Positions 30,301 through 42,496 of a stretch of DNA of 64,000 nt are shown piece after piece. The notes under the pieces are model-generated. The model had not been told where the DNA came from. It worked only from the letters and a program-made list of their open reading frames with translations, and made no database searches. The stretch spans positions 32,736,001 to 32,800,000 of the forward strand of contig OZ024745.1 in the NCBI GenBank assembly GCA_964016885.1. Direction: 5' to 3'. Source of the DNA: Eledone cirrhosa. Lineage: Eukaryota. How positions within the stretch are numbered: position 1 is the first letter of the stretch; each line of letters starts with the position of its first letter. The translations under genes were made by a program, and so were the position numbers.

Positions 30301-32815
30301 TAGCCACAGTACTAAATACCATCAGAAGAACAAAGATAGCCACAGTACTAAATACCATCAGGGGAACAAAGATAGCCACAGTACTAAATACCATCAGAAG
30401 AACAAAGATAGCCACAGTACTAAATACCATCAGAAGAACAAAGATAGCCACAGTACTAAATACCATCAGAAGAACAAAGATAGCCACAGTACTAAATACC
30501 ATCAGAAGAACAAAGATAGCCACAGTACTAAATACCATCAGAAGAACAAAGATAGCCACAGTACTAAATACCATCAGAAGAACAAAGATAGCCACAGTAC
30601 TAAATACCATCAGAAGAACAAAGATAGCCACAGTACTAAATACCATCAGAAGAACAAAGATAGCCACAGTACTAAATACCATCAGAAGAACAAAGATAGC
30701 CACAGTACTAAATACCATCATAAGAACAAAGATAGTCACAGTACTAAATACCATCAGAGGAACAAAGATAGCCACAGCACTAAATACCATCAGAAGAACA
30801 AAGATAGCCACAGTACTAAATACCATCAGGGGAACAAAGATAGCCACAGTACTAAATACCATCGGGGGAACAAAGATAGCCACAGTACTAAATACCATCA
30901 GAGGATCAAAGATAGCCACAGTACTAAATACCATCAGAAGAACAAAGATAGCCACAGTGCTAAATACCATAGAGAAGAACAAAGATAGCCACAGTACTAA
31001 ATACCATCAGAGGAACAAAGATAGCCACAGTACTAAATACCATCGGGGGAACAAAGATAGCCACAGTACTAAATACCATCAGAAGAACAAAGATAGCCAC
31101 AGTACTAAATACCATCGGGGGAACAAAGATAGCCACAGTACTAAATACCATCAGAAGAACAAAGATAGCCACAGTACTAAATACCATCAGAAGAACAAAG
31201 ATAGCCACAGTACTAAATACCATCAGAGGAACAAAGATAGCCCCAGTACTAAATACTATCAGAGGAACAAAGATAGCCACAGTACTAAATACCATCAGAG
31301 GAACAAAGATAGCCCCTGTACTAAATACCATCAAAGGAACAAAAATTGCCCCAGTACTAAATACCATCACAGGAACAAAGATAGCCACAGTACTAAATAC
31401 CATCAGAGGAACAAAGATAGCCACAGTACTAAATACCATCAGAAGAACAAAGATAGCCACAGTACTAAATACCATCAGAGGAACAAAGATAGCCACAGTA
31501 CCAAATACCATCAGAGGAACAAAGATAGCCACAGTACTAAATACCATCAAAAGAACAAAGATAGCCACAGTACTAAATACCATCAGAAGAACAAAGATAG
31601 CCACAGTACTAAATACCATCGGGGGAACAAAGATAGCCACAGTACTAAATACCATCAGAGGAACAAAGATAGCCACAGTACTAAATACCATCAGAAGAAC
31701 AAAGATAGCCACAGTACTAAATACCATCAGAAGAACAAAGATAGCCACAGTACTAAATACCATCAGAAGAACAAAGATAGCCACAGTACTAAATACCATC
31801 AGAAGAACAAAGATAGCCACAGTACTAAATACCATCAGAAGAACAAAGATAGCCACAGTACTAATACCATCAGAGGAACAAAGATAGCCACAGTACTAAA
31901 TACCATCAGAGGAACAAAGATAGCCACAGTACTAAATACCATCAGAAGAACAAAGATAGCCACAGTACTAAATACCATCAGTAGAACAAAGATAGCCACA
32001 GTACTAAATACCATCAGAAGAACAAAGATAGCCACAGTACTAAATACCATCAGAAGAACAAAGATAGCCACAGTACTAAATACCATCAGAAGAACAAAGA
32101 TAGCCACAGTACTAAATACCATCAGGGGAACAAAGATAGCCACAGTACTAAATACCATCAGAACAACAAATATAGCCACAGTACTAAATACCATCAGAAG
32201 AATAAAGATAGCCACAGTACTAAATACCATCAGAACAACAAAGATAGCCACAGTACTAAATACCATCAGAAGAACAAAGATAGCCACGGTACTAAATACC
32301 ATCAGGGGAACAAAGATAGCCACAGTACTAAATACCATCAGGGGAACAAAGATAGCCACAGTACTAAATACCATCAGAAGAACAAAGATAGCCACAGTAC
32401 TAAATACCATCAGGGGTACAAAGATAGCCACAGTACTAAATACCATCAGAAGAACAAAGATAGCCACAGTACTAAATACCATCAGAAGAACAAAGACAGT
32501 CACAGTACTAAATACCATCAGAAGAACAAAGACAGTCACAGTACTAAATACCATCAGAGGAACAAAGGTAGCCACAGTACTAAATACCATCAGAAGAACA
32601 AAGACAGTCACAGTACTAAATACCATCAGAAGAACAAAGGTAGCCACAGTACTAAATACCATCAGAAGAACAAAGATAGCCACAGTACTAAATACCATCA
32701 GAAGAACAAAGATAGCCACAGTACTAAATACCATCAGAAGAACAAAGATAGCCACAGTACTAAATACCATCAGAACAACAAAGATAGCCACAGTACTAAA
32801 TACCATCAGAAGAAC

Positions 32816-32890
32816 AAAGATAGCCACTGTACTAAATACCAACAGTCCTCTGTTGGTATTTAGTACAGTGGCTATCTTTAGTACAGTGGC
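32816..32890. repeat. Fold-back satellite monomer 3
   Basis: Seen: identical to 26033-26107. Confidence 0.97.
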
Positions 32891-34075
32891 CATCAGAAGA
32901 ACAAAGATAGCCACAGTACTAAATACCATCAGAAGAACAAAGATAGCCACAGTACTAAATACCATCAGAACAACAAAGATAGCCACAGTACTAAATACCA
33001 TCAGAAAAACAAAGATAGCCACAGTACTAAATACCATCAGAGGAACAAAGATAGCCACAGTACTAAATACCATCAAAAGAACAAAGATAGCCACAGTACT
33101 AAATACCATCAGAAGAACAAAGATAGCCACAGTACTAAATACCATCAGAAGAACAAAGATAGCCACAGTACTAAATACCATTGGGGGAACAAAGATAGCC
33201 ACTGTACTAAATACCATCAGAGGAACAAAGATAGCCACAGTACTAAATACCATCAGAAGAACAAAGATAGCCACAGTACTAAATACCATCAGAAGAACAA
33301 AGATAGCCACAGTACTAAATACCATCAAAAGAACAAAGATAGCCACAGTACTAAATACCATCAGAGGAATAAAGATAGCCACAGTACTAAATACCATCAG
33401 AAGAACAAAGATAGCCACAGTGCTAAATACCATCAGAAGAACAAAGATAGCCACAGTACTAAATACCATCAGAAGAACAAAGATAGCCACAGTACTAAAT
33501 ACCATCAGAAGAACAAAGATAGCCACAGTACTAAATACCATCAGAAGAACAAAGATAGCCACAGTACTAAATACCATCAGAGGAACAAAGATAGCCACAG
33601 TACTAAATACCATCAGAAGAACAAAGATAGCCACAGTACTAAATACCATCAGAAGAACAAAGATAGCCACAGTACTAAATACCATCAGAAGAACAAAGAT
33701 AGCCACAGTACTAAATACCATCAGAAGAACAAAGATAGCCACAGTACTAAATACCATCAGAGGAACAAAGATAGCCCCAGTACTAAATACCATCAGAGGA
33801 ACAAAGATAGCCATCAGAGGAATAAAGATAGCCACAGTACTAAATACCATCAGAAGAACAAAGATAGCCACAGTGCTAAATACCATCAGAAGAACAAAGA
33901 TAGCCACAGTACTAAATACCATCAGAAGAACAAAGATAGCCACAGTACTAAATACCATCAGAAGAACAAAGATAGCCACAGTACTAAATACCATCAGAAG
34001 AACAAAGATAGCCACAGTACTAAATACCATCAGAGGAACAAAGATAGCCACAGTACTAAATACCATCAGAAGAAC

Positions 34076-34150
34076 AAAGATAGCCACTGTACTAAATACC
34101 AACAGTCCTCTGTTGGTATTTAGTACAGTGGCTATCTTTAGTACAGTGGC
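34076..34150. repeat. Fold-back satellite monomer 4
   Basis: Seen: identical to 26033-26107. Confidence 0.97.
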
Positions 34151-37100
34151 CATCAGAAGAACAAAGATAGCCACAGTACTAAATACCATCAGAAGAACAA
34201 AGATAGCCACAGTACTAAATACCATCAGAACAACAAAGATAGCCACAGTACTAAATACCATCAGAAGAACAAAGATAGCCACAGTACTAAATACCATCAG
34301 AGGAACAAAGATAGCCCCAGTACTAAATACCATCAGAGGAACAAAGATAGCCACAGTACTAAATACCATCAGAGGAACAAAGATAGCCCCTGTACTAAAT
34401 ACCATCAGAGGAACAAAGATAACCCCAGTACTAAATACCATCAGAGGAACAAAGATAGCCACAGTACTAAATACCATCAGAGGAACAAAGATAGCCACAG
34501 TACTAAATACCATCAGAAGAACAAAGATAGCCACTGTACTAAATACCATCAGAGGAACAAAGATAGCCACAGTACTAAATACCATCAGAAGAACAAAGAT
34601 AGCCACAGTACTAAATACCATCAGAGGAACAAAGATAGCCCCAGTACTAAATACCATCAAAAGAACAAAGATAGCCACAGTACTAAATACCATCAGAGGA
34701 ACAAAGATAGCCACAGTACTAAATACCATCAAAAGAACAAAGATAGCCACAGTACTAAATACCATCAGAAGAACAAAGATAGCCACAGTACTAAATACCA
34801 TCAGAAGAACAAAGATAGCCACAGTACTAAATACCATCGGGGCAACAAAGATAGCCACTGTACTAAATACCATCAGAGGAACAAAGATAGCCACAGTACT
34901 AAATACCATCAGAAGAACAAAGATAGCCACAGTACTAAATACCATCAGAAGAACAAAGATAGCCACAGTACTAAATACCATCAAAAGAACAAAGATAGCC
35001 ACAGTACTAAATACCATCAGAGGAATAAAGATAGCCACAGTACTAAATACCATCAGAAGAACAAAGATAGCCACAGTGCTAAATACCATCAGAAGAACAA
35101 AGATAGCCACAGTACTAAATACCATCAGAAGAACAAAGATAGCCACAGTACTAAATACCATCAGAAGAACAAAGATAGCCACAGTACTAAATACCATCAG
35201 AGGAACAAAGATAGCCACAGTACTAAATACCATCAGAAGAACAAAGATAGCCACAGTACTAAATACCATCAGAAGAACAAAGATAGCCACAGTACTAAAT
35301 ACCATCAGAAGAACAAAGATAGCCACAGTACTAAATACCATCAGAAGAACAAAGATAGCCACAGTACTAAATACCATCAGAGGAACAAAGATAGCCCCAG
35401 TACTAAATACCATCAGAGGAACAAAGATAGCCACAGTACTAAATACCATCAGAGGAACAAAGATAGCCCCTGTACTAAATACCATCAGAGGAACAAAGAT
35501 AACCCCAGTACTAAATACCATCAGAGGAACAAAGATAGCCACAGTACTAAATACCATCAGAGGAACAAAGATAGCCACAGTACTAAATACCATCAGAAGA
35601 ACAAAGATAGCCACTGTACTAAATACCATCAGAGGAACAAAGATAGCCACAGTACTAAATACCATCAGAAGAAGAAAGATAGCCACAGTACTAAATACCA
35701 TCAGAGGAACAAAGATAGCCCCAGTACTAAATACCATCAAAAGAACAAAGATAGCCACAGTACTAAATACCATCAGAGGAACAAAGATAGCCACAGTACT
35801 AAATACCATCAAAAGAACAAAGATAGCCACAGTACTAAATACCATCAGAAGAACAAAGATAGCCACAGTACTAAATACCATCAGAAGAACAAAGATAGCC
35901 ACAGTACTAAATACCATCGGGGGAACAAAGATAGCCACTGTACTAAATACCATCAGAGGAACAAAGATAGCCACAGTACTAAATACCATCAGAAGAACAA
36001 AGATAGCCACAGTACTAAATACCATCAGAAGAACAAAGATAGCCACAGTACTAAATACCATCAAAAGAACAAAGATAGCCACAGTACTAAATACCATCAG
36101 AGGAATAAAGATAGCCACAGTACTAAATACCATCAGAAGAACAAAGATAGCCACAGTGCTAAATACCATCAGAAGAACACAGATAGCCACAGTACTAAAT
36201 ACCATCAGAAGAACAAAGATAGCCATTGTACTAAATACCATCAGAGGAACAAAGATAGCCACAGTACTAAATACCATCAGAAGAACAAAGATAGCCACAG
36301 TACTAAATACCATCAGAAGAACAAAGATAGCCACAGTGCGAAATACCATCAGAAGAACACAGATAGCCACAGTACTAAATACCATCAGAAGAACAAAGAT
36401 AGCCACAGTACTAAATACCATCAGAAGAACAAAGATAGCCACAGTACTAAATACCATCAGGGGAACAAAGATAGCCACAGTACTAAATACCATCAGAAGA
36501 ACAAAGATAACCACAGTACTAAATACCATCAGAAGAACAAAGATAGCCACAGTACTAAATACCATCAGAAGAACAAAGATAGCCACAGTACTAAATACCA
36601 TCAGAAGAACAAAGATAGCCACAGTACTAAATACCATCAGAAGAACAAAGATAGCCACAGTACTAAATACCATCAGAAGAACAAAGATAGCCACAGTACT
36701 AAATACCATCAGAAGAACAAAGATAGCCACAGTACTAAATACCATCAGAAGAACAAAGATAGCCACAGTACTAAATACCATCAGAAGAACAAAGATAGCC
36801 ACAGTACTAAATACCATCATAAGAACAAAGATAGTCACAGTACTAAATACCATCAGAGGAACAAAGATAGCCACAGCACTAAATACCATCAGAAGAACAA
36901 AGATAGCCACAGTACTAAATACCATCAGGGGAACAAAGATAGCCACAGTACTAAATACTATCAGAGGAACAAAGATAGCCACAGTACTAAATACCATCAG
37001 AGGAACAAAGATAGCCCCTGTACTAAATACCATCAAAGGAACAAAAATTGCCCCAGTACTAAATACCATCACAGGAACAAAGATAGCCACAGTACTAAAT

Positions 37101-38518
37101 ACCATCAGAGGAACAAAGATAGCCACAGTACTAAATACCATCAGAGGAACAAAGATAGCCACAGTACCAAATACCATCAGAGGAACAAAGATAGCCACAG
37201 TACTAAATACCATCAAAAGAACAAAGATAGCCACAGTACTAAATACCATCAGAAGAACAAAGATAGCCACAGTACTAAATAGCATCGGGGGAACAAAGAT
37301 AGCCACAGTACTAAATACCATCAGAGGAACAAAGATAGCCACAGTACTAAATACCATCAGAAGAACAAAGATAGCCACAGTACTAAATACCATCAGAAGA
37401 ACAAAGATAGCCACAGTACTAAATACCATCAGAAGAACAAAGATAGCCACAGTACTAAATACCATCAGAAGAACAAAGATAGCCACAGTACTAAATACCA
37501 TCAGAAGAACAAAGATAGCCACAGTACTAAATACCATCAGAGGAACAAAGATAGCCACAGTACTAAATACCATCAGAGGAACAAAGATAGCCACAGTACT
37601 AAATACCATCAGAAGAACAAAGATAGCCACAGTACTAAATACCATCAGAAGAACAAAGATAGCCACAGTACTAAATACCATCAGAAGAACAAAGATAGCC
37701 ACAGTACTAAATACCATCAGAAGAACAAAGATAGCCACAGTACTAAATACCATCAGAAGAACAAAGATAGCCACAGTACTAAATACCATCAGGGGAACAA
37801 AGATAGCCACAGTACTAAATACCATCAGAACAACAAATATAGCCACAGTACTAAATACCATCAGAAGAACAAAGATAGCCACAGTACCAAATACCATCAG
37901 AACAACAAAGATAGCCACAGTACTAAATACCATCTGAAGAACAAAGATAGCCACGGTACTAAATACCATCAGGGGAACAAAGATAGCCACAGTACTAAAT
38001 ACCATCAGGGGAACAAAGATAGCCACAGTACTAAATACCATCAGAAGAACAAAGATAGCCACAGTACTAAATACCATCAGGGGTACAAAGATAGCCACAG
38101 TACTAAATACCATCAGAAGAACAAAGATAGCCACAGTACTAAATACCATCAGAAGAACAAAGACAGTCACAGTACTAAATACCATCAGAAGAACAAAGAC
38201 AGTCACAGTACTAAATACCATCAGAGGAACAAAGGTAGCCACAGTACTAAATACCATCAGAAGAACAAAGACAGTCACAGTACTAAATACCATCAGAAGA
38301 ACAAAGGTAGCCACAGTACTAAATACCATCAGAAGAACAAAGATAGCCACAGTACTAAATACCATCAGAAGAACAAAGACAGTCACAGTACTAAATACCA
38401 TCAGGAGAACAAAGATAGCCACAGTACTAAATACCATCAGAAGAACAAAGATAGCCACAGTACTAAATACCATCAGAGGAACAAAGATAGCCACAGTACT
38501 AAATACCATCAGAAGAAC

Positions 38519-38593
38519 AAAGATAGCCACTGTACTAAATACCAACAGTCCTCTGTTGGTATTTAGTACAGTGGCTATCTTTAGTACAGTGGC
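38519..38593. repeat. Fold-back satellite monomer 5
   Basis: Seen: identical to 26033-26107. Confidence 0.97.
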
Positions 38594-39418
38594 CATCAGA
38601 AGAACAAAGATAGCCACAGTACTAAATACCATCAGAAGAACAAAGATAGCCACAGTACTAAATACCATCAGAACAACAAAGATAGCCACAGTACTAAATA
38701 CCATCAGAAGAACAAAGATAGCCACAGTACTAAATACCATCAGAGGAACAAAGATAGCCCCAGTACTAAATACCATCAGAAGAACAAAGATAGCCACAGT
38801 ACTAAATACCATCAGAAGAACAAAGATAGCCACAGTACTAAATACCATCAGAAGAACAAAGATAGCCACAGTACTAAATACCATCAGAAGAACAAAGATA
38901 GCCACAGTACTAAATACCATCAGAGGAACAAAGATAGCCACAGTACTAAATACCATCAGAAGAACAAAGATAGCCACAGTACTAAATACCATCAGAAGAA
39001 CAAAGATAGCCACAGTACTAAATACCATCAGAAGAACAAAGATAGCCACAGTACTAAATACCATCAGAAGAACAAAGATAGCCACAGTACTAAATACCAT
39101 CAGAGGAACAAAGATAGCCCCAGTACTAAATACCATCAGAGGAACAAAGATAGCCATCAGAGGAATAAAGATAGCCACAGTACTAAATACCATCAGAAGA
39201 ACAAAGATAGCCACAGTGCTAAATACCATCAGAAGAACAAAGATAGCCACAGTACTAAATACCATCAGAAGAACAAAGATAGCCACAGTACTAAATACCA
39301 TCAGAAGAACAAAGATAGCCACAGTACTAAATACCATCAGAAGAACAAAGATAGCCACAGTACTAAATACCATCAGAGGAACAAAGATAGCCACAGTACT
39401 AAATACCATCAGAAGAAC

Positions 39419-39493
39419 AAAGATAGCCACTGTACTAAATACCAACAGTCCTCTGTTGGTATTTAGTACAGTGGCTATCTTTAGTACAGTGGC
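39419..39493. repeat. Fold-back satellite monomer 6
   Basis: Seen: identical to 26033-26107. Confidence 0.97.
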
Positions 39494-40189
39494 CATCAGA
39501 AGAACAAAGATAGCCACAGTACTAAATACCATCAGAAGAACAAAGATAGCCACAGTACCAAATACCATCAGAACAACAAAGATAGCCACAGTACTAAATA
39601 CCATCAGAAGAACAAAGATAGCCACGGTACTAAATACCATCAGGGGAACAAAGATAGCCACAGTACTAAATACCATCAGGGGAACAAAGATAGCCACAGT
39701 ACTAAATACCATCAGAAGAACAAAGATAGCCACAGTACTAAATACCATCAGGGGTACAAAGATAGCCACAGTACTAAATACCATCAGAAGAACAAAGATA
39801 GCCACAGTACTAAATACCATCAGAAGAACAAAGACAGTCACAGTACTAAATACCATCAGAAGAACAAAGACAGTCACAGTACTAAATACCATCAGAGGAA
39901 CAAAGGTAGCCACAGTACTAAATACCATCAGAAGAACAAAGACAGTCACAGTACTAAATACCATCAGAAGAACAAAGGTAGCCACAGTACTAAATACCAT
40001 CAGAAGAACAAAGATAGCCACAGTACTAAATACCATCAGAAGAACAAAGACAGTCACAGTACTAAATACCATCAGGAGAACAAAGATAGCCACAGTACTA
40101 AATACAATCAGAAGAACAAAGATAGCCACAGTACTAAATACCATCAGAGGAACAAAGATAGCCACAGTACTAAATACCATCAGAAGAAC

Positions 40190-40264
40190 AAAGATAGCCA
40201 CTGTACTAAATACCAACAGTCCTCTGTTGGTATTTAGTACAGTGGCTATCTTTAGTACAGTGGC
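40190..40264. repeat. Fold-back satellite monomer 7
   Basis: Seen: identical to 26033-26107. Confidence 0.97.
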
Positions 40265-41089
40265 CATCAGAAGAACAAAGATAGCCACAGTACTAAATAC
40301 CATCAGAAGAACAAAGATAGCCACAGTACTAAATACCATCAGAACAACAAAGATAGCCACAGTACTAAATACCATCAGAAGAACAAAGATAGCCACAGTA
40401 CTAAATACCATCAGAGGAACAAAGATAGCCCCAGTACTAAATACCATCAGAAGAACAAAGATAGCCACAGTACTAAATACCATCAGAAGAACAAAGATAG
40501 CCACAGTACTAAATACCATCAGAAGAACAAAGATAGCCACAGTACTAAATACCATCAGAAGAACAAAGATAGCCACAGTACTAAATACCATCAGAGGAAC
40601 AAAGATAGCCACAGTACTAAATACCATCAGAAGAACAAAGATAGCCACAGTACTAAATACCATCAGAAGAACAAAGATAGCCACAGTACTAAATACCATC
40701 AGAAGAACAAAGATAGCCACAGTACTAAATACCATCAGAAGAACAAAGATAGCCACAGTACTAAATACCATCAGAGGAACAAAGATAGCCCCAGTACTAA
40801 ATACCATCAGAGGAACAAAGATAGCCATCAGAGGAATAAAGATAGCCACAGTACTAAATACCATCAGAAGAACAAAGATAGCCACAGTGCTAAATACCAT
40901 CAGAAGAACAAAGATAGCCACAGTACTAAATACCATCAGAAGAACAAAGATAGCCACAGTACTAAATACCATCAGAAGAACAAAGATAGCCACAGTACTA
41001 AATACCATCAGAAGAACAAAGATAGCCACAGTACTAAATACCATCAGAGGAACAAAGATAGCCACAGTACTAAATACCATCAGAAGAAC

Positions 41090-41164
41090 AAAGATAGCCA
41101 CTGTACTAAATACCAACAGTCCTCTGTTGGTATTTAGTACAGTGGCTATCTTTAGTACAGTGGC
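41090..41164. repeat. Fold-back satellite monomer 8
   Basis: Seen: identical to 26033-26107. Confidence 0.97.
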
Positions 41165-42421
41165 CATCAGAAGAACAAAGATAGCCACAGTACTAAATAC
41201 CATCAGAAGAACAAAGATAGCCACAGTACTAAATACCATCAGAACCACAAAGATAGCCACAGTACTAAATACCATCAGAAGAACAAAGATAGCCACACTA
41301 CTAAATACCATCAGAGGAACAAAGATAGCCACAGTACTAAATACCATCAAAAGAACAAAGATAGCCACAGTACTAAATACCATCAGAGGAACAAAGATAG
41401 CCACAGTACTAAATACCATCAAAAGAACAAAGATAGCCACAGTACTAAATACCATCAGAAGAACAAAGATAGCCACAGTACTAAATACCATCAGAAGAAC
41501 AAAGATAGCCACAGTACTAAATACCATCGGGGGAACAAAGATAGCCACTGTACTAAATACCATCAGAGGAACAAAGATAGCCACAGTACTAAATACCATC
41601 AGAAGAACAAAGATAGCCACAGTACTAAATACCATCAGAAGAACAAAGATAGCCACAGTACTAAATACCATCAAAAGAACAAAGATAGCCACAGTACTAA
41701 ATACCATCAGAGGAATAAAGATAGCCACAGTACTAAATACCATCAGAAGAACAAAGATAGCCACAGTGCTAAATACCATCAGAAGAACAAAGATAGCCAC
41801 AGTACTAAATACCATCAGAAGAACAAAGATAGCCACAGTACTAAATACCATCAGAAGAACAAAGATAGCCACAGTACTAAATACCATCAGAAGAACAAAG
41901 ATAGCCACAGTACTAAATACCATCAGAGGAACAAAGATAGCCACAGTACTAAATACCATCAGAAGAACAAAGATAGCCACAGTACTAAATACCATCAGAA
42001 GAACAAAGATAGCCACAGTACTAAATACCATCAGAAGAACAAAGATAGCCACAGTACTAAATACCATCAGAAGAACAAAGATAGCCACAGTACTAAATAC
42101 CATCAGAGGAACAAAGATAGCCCCAGTACTAAATACCATCAGAGGAACAAAGATAGCCATCAGAGGAATAAAGATAGCCACAGTACTAAATACCATCAGA
42201 AGAACAAAGATAGCCACAGTGCTAAATACCATCAGAAGAACAAAGATAGCCACAGTACTAAATACCATCAGAAGAACAAAGATAGCCACAGTACTAAATA
42301 CCATCAGAAGAACAAAGATAGCCACAGTACTAAATACCATCAGAAGAACAAAGATAGCCACAGTACTAAATACCATCAGAGGAACAAAGATAGCCACAGT
42401 ACTAAATACCATCAGAAGAAC

Positions 42422-42496
42422 AAAGATAGCCACTGTACTAAATACCAACAGTCCTCTGTTGGTATTTAGTACAGTGGCTATCTTTAGTACAGTGGC
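42422..42496. repeat. Fold-back satellite monomer 9
   Basis: Seen: identical to 26033-26107. Confidence 0.97.
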
